NCBI GenBank assembly: GCA_028534125.1
Contig: CM052818.1
Location: forward strand, 11,782,001-11,846,000
DNA from: Lama glama
Lineage: Eukaryota
Direction of reading: 5' to 3'
DNA length: 64,000 nucleotides
Shown here: in pieces, positions 1 to 13,209 of the stretch
Numbering within the stretch: the first letter of the stretch is position 1
How the letters are laid out: each line of letters begins with the position of its first letter
The notes under the pieces: generated by a model
What the model was told of the DNA's origin: nothing
What the model saw: only the letters and a program-made list of their open reading frames with translations
Databases searched by the model: none
Program-made: the position numbers and the translations under genes

Positions 1-989
1 GCCAGGAAAGCGTTCCAAGTGTATCAAAAGCTGTTGAGATGGCAAAGACGAGTACTGGACGTTTGGGCCGAGTGACGAGTGTAAACGCCTGACTGGAGTG
101 TGCAGGGAAAACCGGCTGCTTAGCAGCGGTCTCTGGCCAAGTTAGCAAAGCCACGCCTGGAGTTGTGTTTCATGTTGTTCCTCAGTTCTTTGCTGCTTAA
201 TTTGCAGCATGGCCTCCAGTCATTTTAGTATTGAACTTGTGAGTTCAGTGTCTGGTGTTGCAGTAAAAGCTTCATTTTGAGCAGTTTGATTAAGAAATCA
301 AAGAAGGCAGAAACCATGCAGGCACCTCAGTTTAGGATTCTTCTGTAAGCTAACCTGTGTCATTGTTAGCATTACGTTATCTTGGTTAATTATCGGGTGT
401 TAATATTTATGTAGTTATTTTTTCCTCTATGTTAAAGAACTAAAGAAGAAAGTAAAGACCTGCAGAACATCTAATTGTAGAATTTGCTAAAACCTTTGTT
501 GGCATTAACGAGTGTTTAGTTAACTGGAAGGAGGCTTTGAGGTCGTTTTGAAAGAGGAGCAGGAAAGTGCTAGACTTAATGTGATTGCTGAGATGATTTT
601 GCTTTTATTTTTACTTTCTACTACCATGAAACAAAATGAACTGTTCCACACACAGGTGAAAAGTATACTCTCCTATCCAAAACAGTTTTACGGCTGCTTT
701 CTTACTTCCTTTTGAACTTTATCCTTTCTTCAGTGTACCTCTTATTGACTTCAACATTATGTATTATGAATAAGAATTACTAGACAAGATTAAAGAGAAA
801 AAAATGCTTGAAACAACGAGCCAAACCGTTTTACTTAAATGTACTTGCATGTATCCAGATTTTACTCCTATATCATGATCCAGCTCGGATAAACCTCCAT
901 TCAGACCTTCCCGATCCCTTCCTCTTGGGATGAATCTCTCTCACCTGTAAATTTGAATAATATTTTACCCGTAAATCTCATTCAAGTTT

Positions 990-1715
990 TCTATTCATCC
1001 AACTAACACTGAGCGCCTACAGCGGGCAGGCACCCCTCTCGGCGCTTCAGATACATGAGCAAAGGAACGAAGACCCCGGCCTCTTGGAGCCGAGGTTCCG
1101 TTGAGGAACAGACCGCAATCAACAGACACCGTAAATACATAATCACCTCCCATTCAGAAGGCGATAGATTCTGTGGCAAAATGAAACGTAGAGCAGAGGA
1201 ACAAGGTGCAGAGGTTCCAATTTTTAATGCAGTGGTTAAAGTGGGGCTTACTAAAAAGGTAAAATCTTTGCAAAGACCTGAGGACTTGAAGGAGGGGAGG
1301 GAGTTAGGAACGTGGATACGTGAGGAACAGCATTCCAGGCAGCAGGAGGAGCCAGTAGAAAGAGCTAGAAGACACACCTGGTGTTTTTAAGGAACAACAG
1401 AGACCAGAGTGGCTTAAAGGATGCGTGAGAGGGAAAGAACAGTGGGAAGTGGGGCTCATGGATGGGGGTTTGAAGGGCAGATAATGGTGGCGAATGGCAG
1501 CTATTACAGGGTTGTGTGTGAAAGGGTCACATGATCCGACTTTCAGGTCAAAAGAAAGCCCTGGCTGCTGTGTTGAGACTAGTTGCTGGTGGGCTGGGGC
1601 AGGAGAGAAATTAGGGAAACCAATTAGCAGAGCCGAGCAGTTATCTACACAAGAAACGATGTTAACTCAGACCTGTGCAAACAGTGGGGCAGGTAAGAAG
1701 TGGTTGGGTTTTTTA
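990..1715 (-). mobile_element. LINE L2 3' fragment
   Basis: attcatcc..ctgagcgcctac..ggcac..gatacatgagcaaa..ccggcctcttggagc, then purine-rich L2 body. Explains ORFs 1003-1390 and 1494-1721. Confidence 0.8.
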
Positions 1716-2504
1716 ACATAGCCCTTTTTAACTTTTGTCACATTTACATACGTATTTCATCACCATTTCTAGACTATACACTTCTTGAAGCCAGGATTTG
1801 GGTTCATGCTCACATTTCCAACAAGGGGTACCCAGTAATATGTTTAATGGCTAAATGAACGGATGGTCACTGGACAAAGAATCTACCTTATCCCTCTCTG
1901 GCACACACCCTGTATTTCAAGGCATATTTATGAATGGACAACAGCACCACCAAGAGCATCAACTTTGAATAAGAAGAGCAGGAAAAAAAAAATTGCACAC
2001 TGCGTAAGTGATGGCAGATCACATAAAGGGAAAGATGCACTTCATATACATGAGTTTAATTGCTTACAGGTTTCTAGAAGTAATCTACTTCTGCATTTTC
2101 TCTGCTTTCTTATTAAGGTAAAGTAGTAACAAAGGGAGAGAGAAATTTCTAGAGAGTACAGGTTCACAGTAGGTTTTGTCATGGAAATATTTATTATAAG
2201 AGCCAGTCAAATGACATTCCATAACGCTAACCCTTAGTGTAGTTAACACTGTAGGGAAGAAATCTATCTCTGTCTTCAAATTCCATTATACATAATAATA
2301 AAAAAGAAAACAACAAATGCATATAAAATGAATAACTTCTACAATACATACATATTTGGCATTACAGTAGCCAAGTGATGCAATAATTTGGCATTAATAA
2401 CTTCTGAAACTTCAGTGTAGCAAGAGGGAAATTCCTTCAGGAAAAAAGTACCTACAGTGATGTCCATTCAGAGTTACAGAATAGAGCTTAAGAATTTTTC
2501 TTTC

Positions 2505-2669
2505 TTTTTTTTTTTTATTGAAGTATAGTCAGTTACAATGTGTCAATCTCTGGTGTACAGCACAATGTCCCAGTCATGCATATACACACACATACATTCA
2601 TTTTCATACTCTTTTTCACTAAAGGTTACTACAAGACATTGAATATAATTCCCTGTGCTATACAGAAGC
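2505..2669 (-). mobile_element. Young L1 3' end (~165 bp), cetartiodactyl/camelid-type
   Basis: poly-T + tttattgaagtatagtcagttacaatgtgtcaatctctggtgtacagc...ttgaatataattccctgtgctatacag, the reverse complement of an L1 3'UTR with poly(A) tail. Confidence 0.85.
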
Positions 2670-3074
2670 TTTTTAAAAATGTTTTTATACATCATGGAAT
2701 AATTTTTTTTAAATAAAGTAGTCCAGGTTTTTAAAATGCAACATCTAATTTGGGTATAGTGTTCAAGGAAAGCTGCTACATACAATGTGGAAGTAATTTA
2801 CTATGTGTACATATGAAAAACCAGGAAGGTGCAGATTTCCATGTATCTGTTACGAAATATGAAGTCAGAGTCTAGGCTGTAGGCTGCTACAATTCCTAAC
2901 TGAGGCTATCATCTGGAGGATTTCATCTCCCTCTTAAGATATGTTCCCTATTTCCACTTTCTTTAGTAACCATTGAGAAGATTGAGTTCAACTTACGATA
3001 AATCTAATTGAAAAATATCAGCCTGAATTGCAGGTTAATGTTTTGAGACAGTGGCTCTTCTATCTAGTCATGGC

Positions 3075-3350
3075 ACAAATATTTATTGAGCACTTAGTAT
3101 TTCCTGGCAAAAAGATACAGTCACTACCTTCGAGAGGTTAAAATGAGGAAGAGAAAGACAGGCAGTGAAACAGTTGGACAGTGCTCTGATAAGGCTAGGC
3201 CTGAGGTGCTGTAGCCATGCAGGGTGCGGGCACCCTGACAAAACAGGGGAGCCAGAGGGCTCTTACCACCATGTTTTGAAGGATGAACAAAGCTGGCCAG
3301 AGAAAGCAAAGGGAGAGGGAATGTTTGGTAGTAGGCATGCATAAGCAAGC
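3075..3350 (-). mobile_element. LINE L2 fragment
   Basis: acaaatatttattgagcactta, the L2 3'-end signature, followed by decayed L2 body. Confidence 0.6.
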
Positions 3351-4668
3351 ATGAGCTGATTTTTAGAACAACTGCCCCACCAACACTGCCAGAGATGGGG
3401 TGCTAGAGGTGGGCTGGGGCAGGAGGAGCATTCCAGAGGCTTAAAGGAAAAAACTTAGTCTCTATATTTGGAGCCTCATTATTTTCTAACAGTAGGCGTG
3501 AAAGAAGCAAGTTCAAGATAGATTTAGGAAACAGACCACAAAAGTTGTGGTCTTGACGGACCAGGGACAATGAAGGAAAGCAAGGGCCTTGGGACAGCAG
3601 CCAGGTCTCTAGGTGAGAGGTTGGGTGGGTGGAGGACTGTGCTCTAAGGTAAGGTGTGCAGGATGAAAAGCAAATAACAGCAGAATTCTTTTTTAAAATC
3701 AAAATAAAAAGATCTGGCATGATATGTATTTGAGATTATGACTGAATTTACAAAAATAAATCTGTAGTTTGAAGGTTTCCTACCCACTGAGCTTACCCAA
3801 AGTACAGAGATCACTGAGGATTATTTACACAAATTTCCTTTTCTCTGATCTCCAGATGCAAAGTAGTGACAAGATAGAGACTAGAAGACAGTAAAGATCT
3901 TAGATATTTCTGTCATGATTATTTACCAATTCTGGACCTCCCATTATGCAGTTGGAAGCATGACTGCTTCCTGAACACTTTTTTTCCTCTGTATCCAACA
4001 GAACATTAGTATGCCACATTTTAGCAGACATTGATAGACGATGGAAAGTAGAGTACAACAATAATAATTTTCTAACTATTCAACTCTCCTTACAAATTAA
4101 TAGTAGTGATTTTTTTCACTTGGAATCCTCATTTCAAATGAACTCACTCATTGAAATTGACTCAATACCCAGTGGAATTTCATTATTCAAGGACTTTCAC
4201 ACCCTAAAAAGAAGATTAAAATCTCTCTCTGATCATTTGTCATTTTGGAGTTAGCATTTCCTCTTTTTTTTTTTTTTTTTTTTGCCCCCTAGTCTTCCAA
4301 ATCTGCCCTGGGAACATCAACAATACCCAGGAAATGAAACCCTTCTTCAAGCAGGACATTCTGAGTTAGAAATCTCAGATGTTTCACTCTGCATAGTTCC
4401 CAGTAAGTGATTTTCTGTAGTTTCAGTAATAACCAAAACTCTTGAATAATGCATCGTAACATAGTCTGTTTCAAGATCTTTAACACTAGAGACATAAGTG
4501 AGAAAACTTTATATCTTTTATATTTCTACACTCATAAGTAATGGCAGACTACACAAATGTGATCCACCAATAAAACGCTTCCATTGCAAATACACAGATT
4601 TTATCAACCTATTATAAAGAAGCCCCATATGCCCTATCTTTATATGGAATAAACAGCACAGTCTAAAT

Positions 4669-4906
4669 CAGTGTTTTTTGGATTGCAGGTCATGACCCAT
4701 TTGTGGATCGTGAAATCAATCTGGTGAGTCACAACCAGCATTTTTACAAAATGAAATAAAAAACGTAGAGTAGATTAATATAAAAATGCATTACATTTTA
4801 TAAGGGCATGTGTGGTTTTGTGAGTTTTGTATATATGTTCATACTAGATCCTAACATAAATGATTTCTCACCAAGAGTTGCATTCAAAGAAATCTGAAAG
4901 CCACTG
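4669..4906. mobile_element. Non-autonomous hAT-Charlie DNA transposon with TIRs and 8-bp TSD
   Basis: Ends cagtgttttttggatt / aatctgaaagccactg form an imperfect inverted repeat. Flanks gtctaaat (4661-4668) and gtttaaat (4907-4914) match 7/8. Confidence 0.85.
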
Positions 4907-5852
4907 GTTTAAATACCTCATCTGTGGGTGTTGTTGAGAGATGTCAGGGGTTTGTAGCTCAAATCTGAAGTGGAAATGAATCTTGTAAAATGTGAAGATT
5001 TATTTCTGTACAACAGCCCTCTGAAAATCAAGCACTCACTTATTTCAAGCTGTCAAATATCTTACAGAATAATACCTAACAAACAGGATCAAAGATTTCC
5101 CCCATACTGTGTTCTGTTACTGAGGATGATCGGTCCAACATCACTAAATAACAGATTTTCACTTGCTTGATTTAGCCTCACTGTTTAGTCGTAATTATGC
5201 ACAGAAGTCTCATTTAGTTGCATTGATCTTATATTTAACTTCAGAATAAATTTAGATGTTGAGCCATAAAATGTACTGTATGAATCTTTAACCCAGGAGG
5301 ACCCTTAAATGATAAGAAAGCAACTATAATCCTCCTGAAAAACATACAAATGCATATGTTATCATTATGTATAGCCTATGCACACACCCCCAAACATCTT
5401 ATTAGTCTGTACGAACTATAGGATATTCTACTGCTCTTGAAGAATAAATAAGGAACACAAATACAGTTCTAATGATTGTGCTTCACTGTAATTTTACGAA
5501 GCCTAAGAAACATAAAAGTTACATACAATGTTTTATTTATGCCACCAAGAATAAGTTTTATCCATGGAAATGTTGAAAGACTTAGCTTAATATCACACCA
5601 CCCAGTTATCCCTTGCTTTGAGATTCCTTAACTTATATTTTTGCAAATAAATTTTAGGTCAGTTGTTATCAATAAAGTACTGGTCATGAGTTTTAGCTTG
5701 AGATAGTTTAAACTTGAAATAGTCCTCTTTTGAGAGAGCTATAGTAAATATGAAGTTCATATTTTATTTCATTCCTATCATTCCATTCCTTAGGTTCTTT
5801 ATGGTGTTTTTAAAAATCCATAATATAATTCTATGAGAGTTAACATAATAGA

Positions 5853-6178
5853 CTGTAACAGCTGTTATGGTCTATTGTGTAAATAAGTAATTACAGAATT
5901 TACAGACTATCATGTAAATATGTAATTATGGACTTTTTAAAATGTGCATTATTTACTCGATAGTCTATCGTTTACATATGTAATTATGGACTTTAAAACA
6001 TGTATTATTTACTCAGTCTGTAACAGCTCCTTGGGACAGAGTCGTTCTGGCCTATCGGGTAAACATGTAATTACAGAAATTTTTTAAATATGTATTATTT
6101 ATCTGATAGTGCTGCTACAGATTATCACGTCCATACATAATCACAGATCTTTTAAAAATGGTTATCATTACTTTGTAT
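5853..6178. repeat. Degenerate tandem array of ~58-bp self-complementary units
   Basis: Units start at ~5872, 5907, 5965, 6052 and 6122 with core ctatc..gtaaatatgtaatta..ga.ttttaaaa..tgt.ttatttac..gatag. Confidence 0.8.
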
Positions 6179-6530
6179 AATGCTTCTGCAAGTCGACTCA
6201 GAGACTCAGTTCATGGATCGGTTATCCAAAACCATGCAGTGATTCCATCGTATAGAATGTTTGCAAAGAACAGTGCAAGTCACCAAAGTAAATTTTCCAC
6301 CTTCCCCCTCAAAAGTTAAAGAACTGACCTCAAAAAGAACAAGTCATTTTAATAGAAAGGATGCTTTTATAATAGTCTCTACATTTCATTTTTTCACAGT
6401 TACCTACATTACCATAATATTTATTTTAAAAAGTCAAAATCTTAGCATATTTGGTTTCTTTCAGATAGTATCTGGAATGCTTTTCACCTTTCGTCGTCTT
6501 TCATACTCAATTATAAACATCTTAGGCTGA

Positions 6531-6668
6531 CGATTTAAACCACTTGCCAATTTCTGTGGTGTAAATTCTCCCTTCAAGACTTATTTCAAGCCACCAAAGG
6601 GTATCACAACTCAGATTACCACTGACACCAAACTGTACTGCTAGTCAGTCTGTTTCTGCACACCACTG
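6531..6668 (-). mobile_element. MER63-like hAT-Blackjack fragment
   Basis: ttgccaatttctgtggtgtaaat..atttcaagccacca..gcacaccactg matches the recalled MER63 consensus in reverse. Confidence 0.7.
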
Positions 6669-9600
6669 CCTCTTAGGCCATTTCAAATTTCAATTATTGA
6701 CTTGTGGTGCCTGAATCTTACTTGCCATAAACTCTGAGAGAGTTGAAACAAAAGCCCAAGTGCTAAGGGCACATCAAGTGTTTACAACTCCAAATTCAGT
6801 GACAAACCCTTAATTAAGAGTCAGTTGTGCCCTCTGTAGTGACTTCTCCTTGGTTCTGAAGATGCCTCAACTTCCTCTTAAGTGTGTTAAGCAGGTACTC
6901 TGAGGGTGGGGGTGGAGAAGGCATTATTCGACTTATGGGACAGAAGACCCATACCATTCAGGCACACCTATGAAAACGGTTTGGCAAGAATGTTTTAGAG
7001 GTAATTTAAGTATCAGATGGTGGTTAGGCTGGAGAATTTTAAGATCTATTTGACTCCTATAATGTTGTAGTTTCATAATCTAATAAAGAAGTGAGATAAA
7101 TGTTAAATACATCATACTTCAAGAAGCCACCCCTAATTGCACAGTTGTATATTCACAGGTTTAATTGCCATTTTTGACTGAGTAATAAGTTGTAAGCTCA
7201 GCTAGGCAACTCTAGAAGATGGACCTTTACAAGAAATGCCATAAAAATGAACTTCAGACACTGCTGATAACAAAACTCAGGACATTAAAGATGTGCCTTT
7301 TATTTTAGTAACAAACTTAAACATTGTTCTGAACTGAAATTCAGAAACTGAAATTTTAAGGGATTTCCTTACTTGTTGACTCTGATTTTTTAAAATCTGA
7401 TTGAATATTCATAGATAAATTATAAAGATGGATAGTGTAACCAGTGATTGTTAATTATTTCAAATACTCCTGATTTCAAATTTGGGGGAGCATACACTGA
7501 TCCCCTTAAAGAGCACAGACAAGGGATCAGTGCACATCTATATGATTAATTCTCTACACAACTGCATTCAACACATCATGCTGTGTGGTCAATATCGCAA
7601 GAGTGAAAGCTTCCAGGGAATTTCCATCCAAAAGGAACGAGATAGTATATATGTTTGTCTAAGATGCTTATAAGGTTTTGTTTCATTCATTCAAAACACC
7701 CTGTGACAGGACCTTCCAAACATACTAAATGTTAGTTGCGTGGAGCTTAATCAAGGCCTGACACCATGGGTTGCATACCTTCAGGGAGAGATTGTGTTAC
7801 CCCAATGTTTAAATCCCCGTGTAGAGCAAAACTCAAAATATACATTACGTTAGAGTATCGCATGGCCAGGGACTGACTAGACAGCATGCCAGGAAGAGGG
7901 CAGGTGCCGCCTGCCAGAGGCTGCAATTTAATATCCTGCTATAAAAGCAATAGGAGGGCTGCTGTTCATCTGAAACCTAGAACCTATAATAAAAACAGTG
8001 AACAATTCAAAATTGGCATGTTACTCCTCCTGGCTGTTTACGTGCCAGGATCTTTTACCATGCCAGAGATGCAAACTGTGTACAGACTTTGAGATAACTG
8101 GGCTCCTATTTGTAAGGTGGAATCTTTGGTAGTAAGGGTTACTGTATAGGGAATTCTGTTTTCTTTGTCTTAAGGAAATGGGTGTAATAAATGTCCCAGT
8201 GGTTATTTGGAGAACTCATTTATTCTAGGTTTGTGAAGAGGCTGAACTACATAACTTTAGATAAAGACTTCAGCAGTTAACAACCTGAGGCACAGAAATG
8301 GGAAAGGTAAGCCAAAATTTATAAATGTTCATTTCATCCAGGTGCACCTCACTTTAAACAATAAATGCATCCCAGAAGTCAAGTGAAAATAAAATACTTA
8401 TAAATCGAATCATATCTTAAATTAACTAGGGAGACAGTTGCTTAAAGGAAGCTTCAGTTGTTTCTTTAATGTGGGATGGTCGGTTTGCAATTTGTCAGTT
8501 TCTGAAATATGAATTTTCACATGTTAAATTTTAAAGCAGAGCATGCATATACTTAGATATATTTATATGTATATATACTTATGACTACATGTCCTTATAA
8601 ATAGTCTAAAAATCATACAGTTAAGATCAAGAAACAGTACAGGGATATAGTAAAATACATGTTTAGCTTGATCCATATGGATTTTCTGGGTTTAAACAAA
8701 CATATGAAATATTTGCTTGAAAAGGGATGTGTTAGAAAGTGGAAAACAAAGGTTTTCACAATTGCAGTTCGTTATCTGTGAAGTGGGAGCGACAAGCAGT
8801 AAAACTCCGTGTCCACTTGGCTGCAACAATTAATATGGAGCTATTTTCAAGGTGAGATTATGGGCAATGGAACCTCTAGGGATGGGCTGTTTTACCCATG
8901 CGTTAAATCCTCATTTTGTGTGAACTTAATGAAAAGATTGCAGTATGTTCTGTCAATGGTTCCTAGAGCACAGAGATGTCTTTCTTTTCCCCCTGAGTAA
9001 ATGTAGTGAGATTTGTGCTGCATTTTATGGATGGAAATGTAAAGAATGTGTGTGCTTTTTACTTTGTTTAAAAGTCCTGAAGATAGACTTAAAATCACGT
9101 AGGGAACTGCAGTTGGTCTAAGGATGAAGCATTGCCTGGATACACAGTCAGTACATTTGTAAACTTTGCTGTATTTGGGGAAAACCTCGAACATAGTAAA
9201 ACATCAAGGAGAAAGAGCTGAGTTTTTCTATAGCATTTTGAATTAGGCAGTAGCTACTTTCAACAGAAGCATGTTGGTCTGTCCTAAAAAAAAAAGTTTT
9301 TATTTATTATTCTAACTAATTTGAATTCACAAGTATGATGTGCTCCAGCCAGAATAGACTTGCTATGCACAGAAATGTTCAGATGCTATATAATACAGTC
9401 AAGTGTATGCTTATCTCATTTGTATAAAAGAGATTATTTAGGACAATAAATAAATGCACAATACTAAGTAGCAAAAAGCCTGGAGTAGAATGGAAAGGGA
9501 TGGAAACCAACATGTCTCACACTTAATATGCATTCCAGCAGGTGCCTGGCCCTACTGTTTAGACACCCCTAGCAAACTCAGTGTACCTCAGTGTACCTAG

Positions 9601-9944
9601 GTACATCAGTAAGGAAGGCCTCCTGGAGCTGAATTGATACTCAGACATCTCTGTGATGCCAGCGGCCACCAAGAGATGCACACGTGGTCGGGTCCTTCCC
9701 TCCACTTCCCCAGTCTAGGGCTTAGCTAGAACAAAACTTGTTTTCCTTCGGGGTTGTTGAAGAGCACATCACCTAGGAATATTCAGGGTCCTAGCAAACA
9801 GCTCAGAGAGGCTCTTCATAATTGGCATCAGTAAGTTGGCTACCTAATCCCTGAATTCTGTCCTCACCTAGAAGCAGGCCTCAGAAGTTTTGGAATCTAA
9901 GCAGATCTTGACTGAGGAGGCCAGAGTTTGGTTTTGTTTTTAAC

Positions 9945-10240
9945 ACCATAAAACTCTCTGGGTGAAAGGAGACCTTAGAGATAATTTGGTCATATCCCTT
10001 CACTTTGAAATTAAGAAAGCTTAAGGCCCAGGAAATTGACATGATCTGGCACAGTTGGTTAGTGGCCCCGCTGTGGATGGACCTTCATTCCAAGAGAAAG
10101 GAAAGAACATTTACTAAGTGAAAGGTAACACACATTATCTTACTGAATCCTCACAAGAGATACTCATCTTTATCATCCCCATTCACAGAGTAAGGGAGAT
10201 TAAAAACAGTGACTAACTTTTCCCAAATCATACACACTTT
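9945..10240 (-). mobile_element. Two MIR SINE fragments; the second appears to resume at ~11392-11460
   Basis: MIR motifs ggagaccttagagataatttggtc..aaggcccag and aatcctcacaa..atccccattcacagag..cttttcccaaatcatacac. Confidence 0.7.
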
Positions 10241-11391
10241 TAGGGCAATTTGCTGCAAATCTATTCACCAAATGATGAATTTGAAGAACGGCCAATTTGC
10301 TGAATCCTCCAAGAACTTGTTTCTTTAAACTATTACTTTAACAGCAAGTAAAATTATCCATCGTGAAGCTTTGAAGATTATTTTTAATTTTGTTGTCATG
10401 GCAACATTTTTTAGGACTTTCAATTCATATTGTATTGGTGATTAGTATATGTCAAATTTGAGGTCCTAACCACATGGTCCATTATTAAATCTCATTTGGG
10501 CATTCCTACTTCTTTTCTGCTGCTTATAATAACAGTATTGCCTTTCGTCTCAACTCTTCCTGCAAACTAGGACCGAGTCAACATAGCAAAAAGAAGTCAT
10601 AAACTTTATGAATTTTACAAAATTTCTAGCAAGTTGAGTTGCATAGGATAGTTTAACGGCCCTAAATGATATTTTGAAATTTTAGTTTAATATTTAGCCT
10701 TAATTTTAGGATTTTAAAAAAAAATTTATTTTGCCACAGCCATTTAAGGCCAGCAGCTCTGCAGCCCATTCATCAGTCCAAATCAGCTGTCATTTCCTGA
10801 ATGTTTCACATTTTGGACACTTTCAAAATGTTTAGAATATACTGCATGTAATGCATTTGATGTATCTAGTTAATAAATCTATGAATCAAAAAAAAATACA
10901 AAAGGGAACTGGCCAGATTAAAAATGACAGAAACTTACACTGTCCTTATGATTTATAAAAGTCCTTGATTTTAAGACAAGCATAACACTGTGACTTGAGA
11001 TATAGTAATTGTGATTCCAAAAGTCAGAGTTCAGTCCTCTGAGGAAAGATGGCGCACACTGAATTTCAGGCAGTGCCTGTCAATTAGTTAATGTAAAATG
11101 GCTGCAGCAAAAATAAAAACTGTAAGAATTAAATCCAAATTAAACAAAAACTAAAACTTTGAAATAGCCCCAATGCTGCTGTAGTCACCTTATATAATGG
11201 ATTTGCTATAAACTTTACGACAGCTTCATAGAAGGAAAGTTTTGATAAATCAGTGATTTGGTAAATTGGTCATGAACTGCTCAATAGGGGAATTGGATTT
11301 TGGTGAGTTGACTTTCAGAGAAGTTGTTTTTGAAGAAATAACAACTCAAGAGTTAGTGCTTCAGAAAGTTGGGTTTTGGTCAATTGACCTG
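10241..11391. mobile_element. Ancient DNA-transposon relic with repeat-built inverted termini (MULE/MuDR-like)
   Basis: Left end tagggcaatttgctg..attcaccaaa..gccaatttgctgaa; reverse complement of right end caggtcaattgaccaaa..tcaactcaccaaa..accaatttaccaaa. Interrupts a MIR. Confidence 0.55.
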
Positions 11392-12321
11392 CTTCTGATC
11401 ACCAGAGAGTAAGCCACGGAAATCTGTCTGCTGAGTTCAGAACTCAAATTCTAGCCTCTTTGTGCCGTCTTTCCAATTAAACACATAGCTTATTGGCTAA
11501 AAAGTGGAAAGATTTTTCTGAAGTTCTCAAAAGCCAAGGAAAAGAAATGTGGACTGGAAGTTTTAGAGCACTGAAGAACTTGCCTTTAAATGTATTAAAA
11601 TAAGTATATTGGATAAAATCTCATAGTCGAGTTCAATGCAAATCTTGTACTATATGTCCCAGTAAAAGAGTGAAATACAGTGATTTTGACTTGCCTAGTG
11701 AGAAAGAGCTTTTTCTGATACCAAGAACCTTAATTTGAGCAAGACTCAAACATTTATATTCATATCATGTGGATCTGTCTGGCCACAGTTAATTTGAGCA
11801 TGTCACTTTATTCCCTGTACGGAATATCTAAAGCTTTAAGGCAAATTCAGGGAGCCTTTTCTTCTTGAAACACAAACACTTACACAACGCTCTCGTTAAC
11901 TGGAACTTTCACATCTGCACTGAAGTGAAAATAGGACCTAAAGCTCTGTCCTACCTAGTGTATGTCAAATAACACAGATTAGAGAGGGTGTACTTGACAA
12001 TAGCATTTTATTCAGGCATTGGAGGGGAAGAGTTGGACAAGTCATAAACCTGCATAGCCACGAAATAAAAATACTGCAGTGATGCTTAAAAGATACACTA
12101 ACATGAAAACTTTAAGAATACTCAATAAGGCAAAAATTTGCCTCTTACTCGTTTGACTTTACCCCAATTTGTCACCACCATTGAAAAGGTATGCCTCTAC
12201 AACTTTAATACTAAAACTATCCCCAAGGCATCTGGAGCCCACAGATGGACTTGGGAGTGTTTCCATGGTGGAAGAGAGAAATAATTATTTGCTAGCATCT
12301 TCAGGTTGGAATAATCTAGGC

Positions 12322-12629
12322 CAGTGCTACCCACAGAAATATAATGTGAATCACAGACATAATTTAAAATCTTCTAGTCGCTACATTTAAAAAAGTGAAA
12401 AATAGGTGAAATCATTTTTAAAATATATTTTCTTTAACCCCAAATGTATCCAAAATATTAGCACTTCAGCGTGTAATCAATATAAAATAGTATTGAGATT
12501 TTATAATCTATTGGTAATAAGTCTTCAAAATCAGTGTAATTTAACACTTAGCACACAACTCAGTTTGGTCTATGTTTCAAGCACTCAGTAGCCACATGTG
12601 GCGAGTAGTTACTATATTGGATGGCACAG
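12322..12629. mobile_element. MER33-like hAT-Charlie element
   Basis: cagtgctacccacagaaatataatgtgaatcaca...ctcagtagccacatgtggcgagtagttactatattggatggcacag, ~310 bp. Confidence 0.85.
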
Positions 12630-13209
12630 GTCTCAATCCAGTCTTATTTGAACTGAGAAGGTACTGAAGGTACCGGAATTGGGTGATTCTGTCTGGATTG
12701 GATTGGCCTGAAATTTATTGTTGACTCTGAACGTTAGATGCTGTGAGAACACAGACCAAAAGAGCACAATTACAAGATTCCAAGACCCCAAATTCTAGGC
12801 TGCAATGCATACCTCAGGGAACATGCAATCAGTATTTCCAAATGGTCAGAAGTTGTGCTGTTCCCCAGTTCTAAGTATGTAGAGCCAGGTGGATAAGAAA
12901 CACCTTCCCTGCACCCCAATTCCAGTCACCCTAAGTGCTCTACTACATTTCCTTCCACTAGATTGTCAAGAGCAGCCGTTCCTAAGTGTAGTTTTCCTTC
13001 TACTTTGATGCACAAAGTCGAGGTATCTCTATTTTTGAGCCTTTGAGTAGGCTGCTCTGTCTCCTTATTATGCCCTTGAATAGGGCTGCCTGCATCCCCA
13101 CAACTCCGATACCTGGCTGACCCCTGATTACTCTCTGGAGTCAACTTTGCTTTCATTTGCTCTTAAAACCCCAAGTACCCCCACCGACTACACCCCAAAA
13201 CCCAGACCC

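Noticed and set aside
935..960. Minus-strand AG|GTGAG recursive-splice-like sites (also ~9862-9875) and donor-like CAG|GTAAT at ~18735
   Set aside because: Weak or absent polypyrimidine tracts and no partner site. Expected by chance in 22 kb.
1003..1721. ORFs of 75-124 aa
   Set aside because: They lie inside a decayed L2 element.
5853..6178. CRISPR-like interpretation of the palindromic repeat array
   Set aside because: Mammalian context, degenerate abutting units, no unique regular spacers and no cas genes.
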